Shown: in pieces, positions 13,316 through 26,780 of the stretch | How the letters are laid out: every line of letters begins with the position of its first letter | How positions within the stretch are numbered: position 1 is the stretch's first letter | The notes under the pieces: model-generated | Databases searched by the model: none | What the model saw: the letters and a program-made list of their open reading frames with translations, nothing else | What the model was told of the DNA's origin: nothing | Origin: Octopus sinensis | Taxonomy: Eukaryota | NCBI RefSeq assembly: GCF_006345805.1 | Contig: NC_043000.1 | Coordinates: 56,358,001-56,422,000 of the forward strand | Reading direction: 5' to 3' | DNA: 64,000 bases | Made by a program: the position numbers and the translations under genes

Positions 13316-13562
13316 GGAGGCATGTAGCTTAGTGGTTAGGGTGTCAGCACCATGATCGTAAGATTGTGGTTTCGATTCCTGGACCAGGCGACGCATTGTG
13401 TTCTTGAGCAAAACACTTCATTTCACTTTGCTCCAGTCCACTCAGCTGGCAAAAATGAGTAACGCTGTGATGGACTGGCATCCCGTCCAGCTGGGGAACA
13501 CATACACTATAGAAACTGGGAAACCAGGCCCATGAGCCTGGCTAGGCTTTAAAAGGGTGCAT
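13316..13562 (+). mobile_element. tRNA-derived SINE (family with GAGCAAAACACTTCATTTCAC..TGCTCCAGTCCACTC domain)
   Basis: A box TAGCTTAGTGGTTAG and B box GTTTCGATTCC. Relatives at about 29968-30190, 31017-31340 and 53983-54190. Confidence 0.85.
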
Positions 13563-14431
13563 TTATTAATTATTTATATATATATATATATATATAGTAA
13601 GAGGAAGGCTATAATATCCAGGCAGATACCAAATTTCTCTTAGTAAAATTCTAAGGCTGGTTCCTTCAGATGGTGCACTCTTTGGTGAACTTCCTTCAGT
13701 TCTCATCCAATATTAGTTTATTTCTTGGCTACTTAGAGTGTAAAGTACAATATTGATAAGGTGAATATATATATATATATATAGGAAATATGTGTATGTG
13801 TATGTATGAATGTAAATGTAAAACAGTTGACTTAAAAAATAGCAATATGAAAGAAACAGATACATATTAGTAGGTACATAGTACCACGTTCTTTTTTTTT
13901 TTTGGATATCAATGGCTATAATGGTTAATATGCTAAAACACAATAGAATATAACCGTTTTACCCATTTCCTTGTTCCACCCGGTGAACTAGGGCTATACT
14001 GAGCCATGATCATATTTTTGAGTAAGGAATGCCAATTAAATGAACACCAATATTTGCTTGAAGAAGTAGAAGTATCCAAAACACTAAGCAAATCAATTCA
14101 TTTGATTTTTGTTTTTTTTTCCCCCCTATCAATAAATTATTTTGGACTTATTTTTCCTCACAGTGACCATTGCTAGTTCCCTTGGAATCTGAAGCTTACC
14201 ATATTACATGTTACAATGGAAAGCCTTTCAAACTGTAAAACCAGTTTGAGACAGGAAAGAAAAACAGACCTGTAGGTGAGACTTGATAATGAGTCTATAC
14301 TTTTCTATTTGACCATGTTACCAATTGCGCCACATAGCATCTACCATTTAATGTTTACAATTTACGCAGTCTAAATCGTTTTGATTATTTTAGCTCTCTA
14401 TTTTAACAGCTACAAGATAATTAACTCTTAA

Positions 14432-14768
14432 CCTTTTAGCATTCAGATTATTCTGTCAAATGTCATTCACATTGTTTTTAATTAATCATGTATTATCTCA
14501 TAGCTTCGAAATTTCAATTATGTGATTGTATATTTTAAAAATAACATTGAAGGGTATGTGTGATAGGCTGGATCTGGTTAGTTAGAACATATAACAGGTA
14601 GCATATTTGGGATTTCGATGATGTGATTGTTCAAGATTTCAATGATGTGAATGCTTCTTTTTTAGAGTAACATTAAAGGGTAGGTGTGAGAAACCAGGTC
14701 TAGTAGGTTTGAACATAGAATAGGTAAAATATTTGGGGCCAAACATGGCCATCTTAAATGCTAAAGGG
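14432..14768. mobile_element. piggyBac-type MITE
   Basis: TTAA|CCTTTTAGCATT...AATGCTAAAGGG|TTAA: terminal inverted repeats with a TTAA target-site duplication. Confidence 0.8.
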
Positions 14769-15064
14769 TTAAAGTCTGGCATCGCAAGTATTGTTGAATC
14801 CTGAACAACATTTGACTGCATGAGAAACAAGAACTAAGTGTTCTTCTGTGCAAGAAATAAATTTAGCTTCATTTTAGGAAGAACTTTCCATCAAAAAGCT
14901 TCCTCATGACTCCATATGCATTTATTTTTTGCAACTTATTTAGTGAGTTTCTTCAGATTTTCTCCCTTCAATCTTCAAGCATCAGTGTAGATAAAATCTG
15001 AAGAGGTAAATTAGAATTTAGTAATATTATTTATTAATTATTATCGTTTATTAATGATTTTATT

Positions 15065-15290
15065 ACAGAAGGTAGTGAGCAGATAGACTCATTAGTATGC
15101 CAGACAATAGGCTTAGTGACATTTCATCTATCTTTACATTCTGAGTTCAAATTCTGCTAAAGTTGACTTTGCCTTTCATTCTTTCTGGGTCAATGAAATA
15201 AATTGAGAACTAGTTGAGAACTGGGGTCAGTGTAATCAACTAGCCCTCTCCCCATAATTTCAGGCATTGTACCAATTGTAGGAAGGATTA
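15065..15290 (+). mobile_element. Family-B SINE
   Basis: Same head and central domain as the other family-B copies. Confidence 0.8.
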
Positions 15291-15987
15291 ATGATTTAAG
15301 TGAAGACGGAATTCAGAGATTTCAGTGTCATGTGTTCACACCAACAATGTAAGTGATTCTGACTGGAATTTATATCAGGATTTATTGATTCTGGGTAGTA
15401 GCGAAGTGATCACATAGGTGATTATTGCATCAATGCATTCATTAGTGATAAGGGCATTACTAATTAAGAAGCAAGGCATATTTTCTTCAAAATTTTCTTG
15501 AAAAGGTTTTTGTCAGGATGAGCGATGAATCCATAAAATATGCAAGATACAAGGCAATGCCACCTTCATCACATTAACAGAGGAGGGGAATGCATATCAT
15601 CAGATGCTTTTTCTGATAATAGTTGTGCAGCTTCCAAGTTACACAGCCTACTGAAACACATATTCAGCTTTGAGACAGGAAATTAATGACCAGGAATCGA
15701 TATCTGGTAAATATAAGTGAGAGCACTTACATGTAATTAAGTTAAGCATATTCAATTTATGTAGGCATGTGACAGAGACAGAACAACAACTAAAAATCAA
15801 CAATAACAGGAAAAATTTCATTCACAATACAGCACCAACAATCATAACACCTTATCACTGAGGTTCATTCAAATTCATGCAATAGTTATATTTTTATGAT
15901 TTTTATACTGAAATACTGGCATTTTCATAAACTTCTGTAGTTTGTAAGATAACTGAGAGGTTTTTATAGACAAAGCACACCAGGAAT

Positions 15988-16190
15988 TTAACCCTTTTGA
16001 TACCAACATTCCTGAGACTACTCCTGGTTCTATGATATGCACTTCATCTTTTAAAGCAATCTAAATTAAAACTTTCTATAAAAATTTCATATCAATTTAT
16101 ATTCAAAACATCAGCCTAATAATGACTAAATTCTTCATTATTTCCAAAATTAATTGAAATAAAGGCAGTGTATTTCAACAGAAATATAGT
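15988..16190 (+). mobile_element. Left end of another piggyBac-type MITE
   Basis: TTAA|CCCTTTTGATACC start. No matching right end was found. Confidence 0.45.
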
Positions 16191-18171
16191 GCCAGTCATT
16201 TAGCATTAGCAGTATAGAGTACTTATGTCCAACATTGCTATATATCCACCAATAGTTCAAATTTTTATATTGAGAAATATCTCCATTAAGCAAATTATAA
16301 AGTAACTGATTTATAACATTTTAATGTAAATTTTACATTAAAATTTACATTAAAATCATAGCATTGAATTCATAATTTCAAGTTTAATCCTTACAATTCT
16401 ATTATCTTCTTTTATTTTATTTGTACAGTTTTGTTTCACTTTTCCTTTTATTTTCCTATACGTTTTCCACAATTTTTTTCTTTAATATATTAATATAGTA
16501 ATATATATAACTGGTGTTGTTTTGGTCATGATACACTAGTGTAACTAATTGAAAATACTGAGAGTCATTCATGCAAACTAAAAGTATGAGTATAAAGAGA
16601 GAAAACATAATAATAACAGAGAAAATCATAAATTTTGGTCGCAATACCTAAAAAGAATAACAATAACTTTTTTCTCAAAATTTATTTAACCACAAAGAGT
16701 TTTAAACCGATTCTTGTATAAAAATTATATTTTTCACAAACAAAATTAAATTTTTTGAGCAATCCTTTAGAATTTAAAATGTTATGAGGATATTTTTTTA
16801 ATGCATTTCACACTAATTGCTAGAGATAATAGAAAATAAGCAATATGCATTTGCTTAAAAACAATACTTGAGCAGGTTAATATAACTCAAAGTATACTAA
16901 AGCCACCCAACTTTCTTTCTCCTCTTCTGTTTCTACACACCAATTTATTCTACACTAATATAACCCCAATTTAGCCATCTTCACAAAACCTTAGATAATC
17001 CTTATTTTGCTTTATTATGTCTCCCCATGTTCCTATATATATATATATATATAATAACAAAATAATAAATAAAACATATGCATATATACATACATATATG
17101 TACGTACCTACATCTATATGTATATATATACATGCATATATGAGTACAGGACACCAAAAAAATGTCAAACACAATGAGAAACGAAAACATAGAAACAATA
17201 TATATATATGTAAACAAAACTGCTAGAATTAACTGAAATCAGAATAAACATTTTTTAAAACCAAACTTCAACTATAATACCAGCAGAGGTATTACAATTA
17301 TAAGACCACTATTCCATCAAATATAAATAGTAACACTAGTAACATTCTTACCTTCAACTGAATACCAATGCAGAATGCTTGTTTGAATCAGTTCACTTTG
17401 AAACTATTGTGAGTGATGGACCCTTGATGAAATTGCAAAAACCAAAATGCATAATTGCATACAAAGCCATGTGCAGTTGAAACATATGTAGATCAGATGT
17501 ATATGCTGTAGAAAATTTTTAAATAAAGAAATTTTTTACCATAGCTCTTTTAAAGCAGAGCTGACCTGAGGCTAAACAACAACAACACCCAATGAAAGGG
17601 ACCAATAAGTGGTTACTAAACCTGCTAGAAGCAGTAATCAAATCTCCCTCATATCACACCTTACTGTCTTGGAAAAACAAAGCTTCACTGAATCATGCAG
17701 TCCTAGATGTACAAAGTCTACATCTGCAGATAGAATAGCTTTGATCATAGGTTTGCTCATTAAAGGCAGATTTGGAGTAAAACAACAACAACAACAACAA
17801 CAAATACAAGAAAAACAAATAAGGGACAACAACCACAATCTCAGGCAAGTCTGAAAAGTCAATAAAGGAATCTTTATGTGGCTGCTTATGGGAAAGTCTA
17901 CCTGATGTCCAAACTCTACCACCTTGAAAAAGAAAGGATATGTTAGACAATATAGTCCTGGATATGCAAGATGATAGGATGGTCATACTTGAAATATGTT
18001 TGATCATAATTTTGCTTAAGAAGGGTTGAACTTCAACTAAATAACAATAATCTATTGCACAGTTTAACACCAAAATCTGGCCCTCCTTGAGTGTGCTTTT
18101 AATGAGGTTCACTCTGTTGTAGCTACAAGCATTCATGCTAGGTATCTGGTCTGAATAAAAATTTCCTTCCA

Positions 18172-18360
18172 CCAGTCTCAGAAACCCGAAAAGGATCCTT
18201 AGTGCCTCAGAAATCTCAGAAGCCCTTTATACCTCAGAAGTCTCTGAAACCCTTATGCCTCAAAAGACTTAGAAGTCACAAAACCCTTATGTCTCAGAAC
18301 TCCGAGAAGTCTCAGTAGCCCTTACACCTCAGCAGTCTCAAAAGCCCTCATGCCTCTGAC
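18172..18360. repeat. Degenerate ~24-bp tandem repeat
   Basis: Recurring GTCTCAGAARCCCTTATRCCTCAGAA-like units. Confidence 0.7.
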
Positions 18361-18954
18361 TAAACCATTAAAAATAAGAAATTACACCACACTTATAATG
18401 CACGCCAACTTACATCACACAAGCCTACCTCATATCAAACTACTCCATATTAACTTACAACACACAAGACAGAGACATACTTACCTACATTATGCTAACT
18501 TACTTCACATACATAAAACACACACTATTTACTCTCACTTTTTGCCCTACACCACACTAATTCAAATTATCCACCTAAATTTAGTCTCTAATTCCCCTAA
18601 TTTTATTTGCCTACACCACACTGAATGAAATCACATTTTCTTACTAAAGTATCTATTGTTGCCAAGGATGGCCACTATGAACACGACATTCCAAACTCTA
18701 CTAGTTCATATGTTGTTATTTTGCCCTCCATGTAAGCAATGGCTGAGCAAACCTGTGATTAAAAAGATTCCAGCTATGACAATTCCATTTTTATTCAAAC
18801 AGTATATCAAAGACTACATTATTCAATACCCACCCATCCATTTTCTCTGCTCACTATCCCTGAGAAGATTGTGGGGATAGAGTCCTCAGGCACCACTTCC
18901 ATAGGGTACTGTCAGAAGTAATGGTCACTAGACTTAACAGCTGGATTACCAAGC

Positions 18955-19080
18955 ATGACAAACAGAAACTCCGGATATTATCCAACCATCTCATTCTTCT
19001 GTCTCTCAGTTCTTTTCTGCAACACTATAATCACATATCCATAGTACCAGAGCTTTGGCCTCTTAATGCAGAAAAGTAGT
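18955..19080 (-). mobile_element. RTE-type LINE C-terminal remnant related to 38320-38461
   Basis: Shares ATCACATATCCATAGTA...CTCTYAATGCAGARAAGTAG with the 38.4-kb copy. Minus strand encodes KLWYYGYV...RMRWLDNI. Confidence 0.6.
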
Positions 19081-20330
19081 GGCACACTTGGAAAGATTCC
19101 CTGATCCCCAAGCCGCAGACTTTGTCAAGTAATGTTATTCCAGAGACCCCTCAGAGAAACCCCATTTAGACCATTTGTATTTGCAATCACACTCTTTCAG
19201 TCATTACCCAATGAGTCCTAGGTTTTTTCTAAGAAAACAGACAGCAGTTTATGAGAGGTTTAGCTAATATTTCCAGCACATTAAGCAATCAAGTAGAAAC
19301 ACCCATGTTATTGTTGCTGCCACTGTTGTTGTCACTGTTATTGCTGTTCTTCTTTATCCTTATGCCAGATTTAATCAACCAAACACATGATCGAAAGTAT
19401 TCCAGAGGTGACCATCCTATCTTTTTCCCTGGTGTGGAGGGAATACAGAACCATGTTATCAAACGTATCCCTTTTACTAAAATATACCAGTGGCACATAA
19501 AAAGCACCTAGCACACTCTGTTAAGTGGTTGGTGCTAGGAAGGGCATCCAGCCATGGAAACCATGCCACAACAGACACTTGGAGTCTCAAGAGCGCCCTG
19601 CTAGACAGTTCCATGTCAAACCATCAAACCCATGCCAGCATGGAAAGTGGATGTTAAGCAATGATGATGAGGATGATGATGATGATGATGTCTGAGATGC
19701 AAGGCATTGGTTTGAGGAAGATCTGGCTGCTATTTCTAGAGGTTTCAGAAACCATGCAGAGGCTCATACAATGATTAACTTTAGTAAATACAGTTAATGT
19801 TCTAATAACATTGGCAATTGAAAAGACACTTGTCATAGCAGACAGCCAATTCAAGAACTGAATGAGCATTAAGAAGTAACAGACAATGGTAACAATCACA
19901 TCTCGTTCTGCCAAACTAGATGATGTAAGATTTTTCAACAACTTCTAATAAAAGTACTATTACAAATGTAGTAACTAATAATAATAGCAATGCCAAAAAC
20001 AACTTCAACAAAAACGGAATTTCTCTCAAAAGCAGTTAATGATGTGATTTTTAAAGCTACAATTATTATATATATATGTGTGTGTGTGTGTGTATGTATA
20101 CACACACAGATGCACACAATGCCAAATTATAATAAATATAATATATATATTATGTTAACTTGTATGTATGTGTACATATGTGTATGTGAGTGAGAGAGAG
20201 AGTGTGTGTGTATATATATATGTATACAGATATGTGTCTGAGTGTATAAACATTACATGAACATGTGTACACACACACTTATATGCATACTTACATACAT
20301 AGGAAAAATATACACATACATATTGTAATT

Positions 20331-20365
<35 letters not shown>

Positions 20366-20389
20366 TTTCTCTTTTTTCTCTTTTTTCTG

Positions 20390-20775
20390 TTTCAGTCATT
20401 TGACTGCGGCCATGCTGGAGCACCGCCTTTAGTCGAACAAATCGACCCCGGGACTTATTCTTTGTAAGCCCAGTACTTATTCTGTCGGTCTCTTTTTGCC
20501 GAACCGCTAAGTGACGGGGACGTAAACACACCAGCATCGTTTGTCAAGCAATGATAGGGGGACAAACACAGACACACAAACACCACATACATATATATAT
20601 ATAATATATATATACGACAGGCTTCTTTCAGTTTCCATCTACCAAATCCACTCACAAGGCATTGGTCGGCCCGGGGCTATAGCAGAGACACTTGCCCAGG
20701 TGCCATGCAGTGGGACTGAACCCGAACCATGAGGTTGGTTAGCAAGCTACTTACCACACAGCCGCTCCTGCGCCT
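20390..20775 (-). mobile_element. Full-length family-A SINE
   Basis: Reverse complement of the 41043-41460 copy, with high identity. Confidence 0.9.
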
Positions 20776-20785
20776 ATATTATAAC

Positions 20786-20818
<33 letters not shown>

Positions 20819-20891
20819 TAATATATATATATATAGATATATATAATATATATATATATATAATATATATATACACACCACACATGTATGT

Positions 20892-22380
20892 AAGTTCCAG
20901 GTGTGGAAGGAGGGTTTAGAATCGAGGGGCCTTAGAGTCAACCTAGCTAAAACCAAGTACTAATAAGTAGAAAGTTAGAAAATCCAAATATCCTCAGGAA
21001 GATGGCCCTACTCGATCTGTAGAAAAGTGTAGGTAGAAACTCTATAAGATGTACCCAGTGTAAGCTATGGACACATAAGAGGTGCAGCAATGTCAAAGGT
21101 AGGCTAACTGGGAAGATAGTTTTTGTATGTGGCAGATGCTCTGGAGCATTGACCTCCGAAAATCTGCAGAAAACAACTTCCGTCACTTTCCGAGAGGAAA
21201 AACTAGAAGTAGTTGATAGCTTCCGCTATCTAGGTGACCAAGTCAGTAGTGGGGGCGGGTGCGCTGAAAGTGTAACTGCTAGAATAAGAATAGCCTGGGC
21301 AAAGTTTAGGGAGCTCTTACCTCTGCTGGTGACTAAAGGCCTCTCGCTCAGAGTAAAAGGCAGACTGTATGATGCATGTGTACGAACAGCTATGCTACAT
21401 GGCAGTGAAACATGGGCCGTGACTGCTGAGGACATGCGTAAGCTTGTGAGGAACGAAGCCAGTATGCTCCGATGGATGTGTAATGTCAGTGTACTTACTC
21501 GACAGAGCGTTAGTACCTTGAGAGAAATGTTGTACCTAAGAAGCATCAGTTGTTGTGTGCAAGAGAGACGATTGCGCTGGTATGGTCATGTGGCGAGAAT
21601 GGATGAAGATAGGTGTGTGAGAAAGTGCCAAACCCTAGCAGTTGAGGGAACCCGTGGAAGAGGTCGACCCCCGGAAAACCTGGGACGAAGTGGTGAAGCA
21701 CGACCTTCGGACGTTAGGTCTCACCATGGAAATGACTAGAGACCGAGACCTATGGAAGTATGCTGTGCGTGAGAAGACCCGGCAAGACTAGTGAAGCCAT
21801 AACCCGTGGCCCCTACCTGGGACGTAGTCAGTCCACCTGTGCATACCTTCCTTCTTGTGACACTTGGAAGACCTGTTGAGGCAAGTGAGAATCGAATCGA
21901 ATCAAATCAAATCAAATCGAACCAAATCAAAATAGATGAACATCAATGGAATTTGTATCCTTGTGGTACCAGTGCCGGTGGCACATAAGAAAACCATCCG
22001 AACGTGATCGTAGCCAGTACCGCAACGACTGGCCTCCGTGCTGAAGGCACATAACAAACACCATCCGAGCGTGGCCGTCCGCCAGCCCCATCTGGCACCT
22101 GTGTCGGTGACACATAAGAAAACACCATCCGAGTGTGGCCGTCAGCCAGCCTCGTCTGGCACCTGTGTCGGTGGCACATAAAAAAAAAACACCATCCGAG
22201 CGTGGCCGTCTGCCAGCCTCTCGGAGTGGTTGGCGTTAGGAAGGGCATCCAGCTGTAGAAACACTGCCAGATCTGACTGGCCTGGTGCAGCCTTCGGGCT
22301 TGCCAGACCCCAGTTGAACTGTCCAACCCATGCTAGCATGGAAAGCGGACGTTAAACGATGATGATGATGATGATGATGA
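20892..22380 (+). mobile_element. 5'-truncated RTE-clade LINE: RT C-terminal half with PHD-like finger insertion, 3' UTR and (GAT)n tail
   Basis: Across 1-nt frameshifts it reads KFQVWKEGLESRGLRVNLAKTK..., C-x2-C...CTQCKLWTHKRC...FVCGRC, EVVDSFRYLGD, RTAMLHGSETW, RRLRWYGHVARM, GTRGRGRP.KTW...*. The frame stops at 21790. A repeat-containing 3' UTR ends in GGACGTTAAAC(GAT)n. Confidence 0.92.
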
Positions 22381-22461
22381 TATATATACATATAAATTTA
22401 TATTTGTATATTTGTATACATGTAAGTGTACATGTGTGTGTGTGTGTGAATGTACATGTGG

Positions 22462-22496
<35 letters not shown>

Positions 22497-23099
22497 TATA
22501 TATATCTTTATAGATATGTATGTATGTACATGTATATCTAACTATATATTTACTAATCTATAAAAGTATTTCTGTAAATGAGTACTTTGATATTTTCATG
22601 TGTAAAACTATGGAAAACACATAATCATATACACACAACCACACACACACACACATGCATACAACTAGATATATATACACAACACATATCTTCAATAAAA
22701 TTTCAAAAATAAAACATTGGAAGACTTCGTGATTTAAGAAAGAAAATGTTGACTTTTGCTGAAATCAAATCTTTATTGTATTCAATTTTTTAAATAGAAT
22801 TTATACTTATTCATAATTAAAAATTAATAATCAATATTCCTAATCTGATTATCTTTTACTATTTCTAATTCTATTATTCACTGAGTTATATTGTGAGTCA
22901 CCTTTTAATTTATTTTTTGTATTTTTTTTTTTAATATTTTATTATTTTCTCCTTAATAATACAGGATGTAATTTGCACCATTCTTCCTGAAAATGATGCA
23001 AATCAAAATATTCATTGCTTTAAAAAGTTCTAAAATTCAGCTTTACCATTTATTTGTTTATTTTCTTTTGTAATGAAAAATACAGGGGTGGGGGTGTCA

Positions 23100-23230
23100 C
23101 ATTGGATAATGTAGTCCAAAGTAAACAATGTCTGTAAAAGAAAATGAAATGGTGATTGCTGGAATACCTTTGATCATAGCTTTGCTCATTTAGAGCCATC
23201 CTGGGGTTCAACAACATCAGCAACAAGAGG
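23100..23230 (+). repeat. Unclassified short interspersed repeat ending in (AAC)n (family E)
   Basis: TTGGATAATGTAGTCC...CTTTGATCATAG...GGGGYTAAACAACAAC. Relatives at about 17520-17800, 17940-18050, 30860-31005 and 41515-41640. Confidence 0.6.
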
Positions 23231-23758
23231 CAAAAAATTTACAAAAGCATCTATTTATAGAGCAAACTGTGTAGTTAGATACCAGTAATATACAAGGCCC
23301 ACTCTCGTATCATCTTCATGGATTATCATCATCGTGTCATTTTAACTTCCACTTACTCATATATGCACAGATCTGATAAAATTCATTGAGACATAACTTC
23401 TATAGAACAGTGCCAGCCCCCACTTGTTTCCTAGTAACATTTTCCTTCATCCTTCAAACAGGGAAAGCACGATGGTCAAATATTAATTCATAGAAGATTG
23501 TAAATAAATAACACTACTTGTATGATAGCAACACTTATTTACATTTAGCACATGATGTCAAGACAAGGAGACACACACACACAATACACACACATAGACA
23601 CACACACATCATATTAATAAAAAGTACAGAATATGTATTGGTACTTTGAGCTTTATAAAACAGATACAGGTTTCAGTAGAAAGCTGCAATGAATACAGCA
23701 GAGCATTTGTTTTATTCTCTAATATCTTTGCTAATTTCCTAAACATACATAGACACAG

Positions 23759-24055
23759 GTGGAGGCGCAGTGGTTAGGGCAGCGGACTCATGATCATAGG
23801 ATCACGGTTTCGATTCCCAGACTGGGCATTGTGAGTGTTTATTGAGCGAAAACACCTAAAGCTCCATGAGGCTCCAGGAGGGGGTGGTGGCGATCCTTGC
23901 TGTACTCTTTCGCCACAACTTTCTCTCACTCTTTTTTCTGTTGGCCTGCTCACTTAGCCAGTAGAATGGCGTCATTTGAAGGCTAAAACAATGCGAAGCG
24001 CATTGTGACCAGCGATGTGTAGCAACATCTGATAGCCTGGTCGGTCACAGTGATC
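23759..24055 (+). mobile_element. tRNA-derived SINE (distinct family) with a 12-bp target-site duplication
   Basis: A box GGCGCAGTGGTTAG and B box GGTTTCGATTCC. ACATAGACACAG is repeated at 23747-23758 and 24056-24067. Confidence 0.9.
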
Positions 24056-25209
24056 ACATAGACACAGATGTGGTTTTGTGGTTAAGGATTATATTTCTCA
24101 TCTATGTGATTTCAGCTTAAGTCCCACTGCATGGCACCTTCAATAAATATCTTCTGCTATAGCACCAAGAAGTCTTGTGAGAGGATTTGACAGCAACTGA
24201 AAGAAGCCTAACGAGTATGTGTGTGTTACTTTCTCCTTCTGTCAAAATCATGATAGTTGTAAACAAGTATCACTGTCAAGCAAGAGGTGTCTGTCATTTC
24301 CAATCATCCCCCCCAAAAAAAAAAACGTTTGGTAATGAGGAGATATTACCTCACTTAGAAACACTAAGGGTTGGTGACAGCAAGGACATCTAGCTGTAAT
24401 AAAAAATCCATCTCAACAAACAAAATCCATTCAACCCATGCAACCATGAAAAAGTGAATGCTAAATCAATGATGATTACAACACTATGTGTGCCCCACTT
24501 TTAGAATCATCAACATCATTTAATGTCTGCTTTCCAAGCTGGCGTGGGTTCACCATATCTCTATGTATCATAAGAGATAGCTAAAATGGTTGGCAATAAG
24601 GGAGGGATGAGCAACCACTTTTTAAATGGTGTCTTAGAGAAGCATAGTCAAGCAGCTGTCAAATGATGATGATGATCATCATCATCACCACAGATTGGAA
24701 TTACGTAGAAGTACAGTGTACATGTGTCTATGTAGATATATATATTAAATGGACTTCTACATAGTTTTTGTCAGCTACATTCCACTCAGAAAGTGGCCAA
24801 TGCAAGGACAAGGTAGTTAACACCTGCTTGCAGAGCAAATTAATGGGACTGAACATGCTACATTTTTGGAGAACACACCACGTAAATCTACAGTTCTGTA
24901 TGCTGTTTGAAACAAATGTAAAAGTAGAATATGATTTGAGACTGATTTATGAGCTATTTCTAGCAGGTTGAGATTTGGTATTAGTTTCTAACTAGACTTC
25001 CATTGCCTGTCTTCTAATTTTGTGGGAGTATTTTATATCAAATAGTTTTATTAGCAAAATAATAGCTTTATATTTATGCAAGATTTTTTTTGGTATTGCG
25101 TAATGAAATATACTACGCAAACTCATAGCTATAGAAGTTCAATTTTTTTTTTTTCAAGAAGCAATAGAGTTGCATGATCAAAGAATCACTTTTATGTTAA
25201 TATCTGTAC

Positions 25210-25277
<68 letters not shown>

Positions 25278-25542
25278 GGGGAGAGGGAGAGAGAGAAAGG
25301 AAGAGAGAGAGAGAGAGAGAGAGAGAAACACACACAATCAAACATGCAGACAGAAAAAAAAATGCATACATTGAAATAAGTAGATGGACAAATATATTAT
25401 ATATGTAAATATATTATTAAAATATATCAGGAATCAGAACAAATATATAATTTAGTCATTAGTTCAATAATATATATGATATAATATATCATCATCATCA
25501 TATAACATAATATAATACAATATATATAGCTATATATACATA

Positions 25543-25622
<80 letters not shown>

Positions 25623-25632
25623 TATATATATA

Positions 25633-26480
25633 TTGGAAGGCAGACTGTATGATGCCTGTGTGCGAACAGCTATGCTACGTGACAGTGAAACATGGACTGT
25701 GACTGCTGAAGACATGTGTAGGCTTGAAAGAAATGAAGCTAGTATGCTTCACTGAATGTGAGAAAAGCTGGGATAAAAGGCATCAGATGTGGTGCGCAAG
25801 AGAGATGACTGCATTGGTATGGTCATGTGATGCATATGGATGAGGACAGCTGTGTAAAGAAGTGTCGATCTCTAACTGTGGAGAGAACCTGTAGAAGAGG
25901 TAGACCCAGGTAGACATGGGATGAGGTGGTGAAGCATGATCTTCAAACATTGAGCCTCGTGGAAGTGATGGCAAGAGACCAAAAGCTCTGGCAATATGCT
26001 GTATGAGAGAAGACCTGTCAGGCCAAGTGAAATCGTAGTTGTGGCTCTGCCAATATCATGTAAATGGTATCTGTGTGTCATGGTCATTGCCAGTTCCATG
26101 TAAATGGTACCTGTGTATCGTAGTCATGGTTATTCACTGCAAGTGCCATGTAAATTGGCATCTTTGGAATTGTGGTCGTTGGTCATAATCATTGCTGATG
26201 CCATGCAAATGTCACTCATGAATCATCAAGGTCACTGCCGGTGCCATGTAAATGGTATCTACCCATGAATTATAGTCATGATCATGTAAATGACTCCTGT
26301 GCGAGTGGTACATAAAAGCATCCATTACACTCCTGGAGTGGTTGGCATTAGGAAGGGCATCCAGCTGCAGAAACCATGCCAAATCAGACTGGAAACTGGT
26401 GCAGCTCTCCGACTCTTCAGCTCCAGTCAATCCATCTAACCCAAGCCAGCATGGAGAGTGGATGTTACATGATGATGGTG
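25633..26480 (+). mobile_element. Older 5'-truncated copy of the same RTE family
   Basis: LEGRLYDACVRTAMLRDSETWTVTAEDMCRLERNEASMLH* is colinear with 21350-21790. It has stops and deletions and the same 3' tail (GGAAGGGCATCCAGCT...). Confidence 0.88.
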
Positions 26481-26722
26481 ATATATATATATATATAGAC
26501 ACACGCACTTTATTTTTGTAAAATTCTTGATATGAACTGCTATGTTGAAACAAATCTGTTGTCTTGGGAGGGTCATTACACCAATAATAATAATAAACAC
26601 TTGCACTGATTCAATATCACTTTTAGTTGTAAGCCAATCGATTAAATATCTAACCATCTAACTAATCAATCATTTGTTGAATGTGTTAGTTAAACAATTA
26701 ATCAGTTGTTCGTTTGTTAAAG

Positions 26723-26780
26723 TCCCTTCAATGTTGTGCATGACCTCATCAATGACACACTTCCTCTCTTCAAGAACAAG
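26723..26780 (+). CDS. Candidate 58-nt internal coding exon, unknown protein (xPFNVVHDLINDTLPLFKNK)
   Basis: Acceptor TTCGTTTGTTAAAG with several CTAAC/CTAAT branch-like motifs upstream. Strong donor AAG|GTACGC. 12 of 19 codons end in G/C against an AT-rich background. The protein is not recognised. Confidence 0.45.

Noticed and set aside
13316-13392. tRNA-like heads here and at 23759, 29968, 31017 and 53983
   Set aside because: They have A and B boxes but no complete cloverleaf, and they continue into SINE bodies, so they are not tRNA genes.
16319-16355. 12-bp AT-rich hairpin with an adjacent tandem copy
   Set aside because: A small slippage or fold-back product in very AT-rich DNA, with no sign of function.
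17693-18172. 159-aa minus-strand ORF and a possible 21-nt microexon (VVEFGHQ)
   Set aside because: Most of the ORF overlaps decayed family E repeats and (AAC)n, and it has no recognisable domain.
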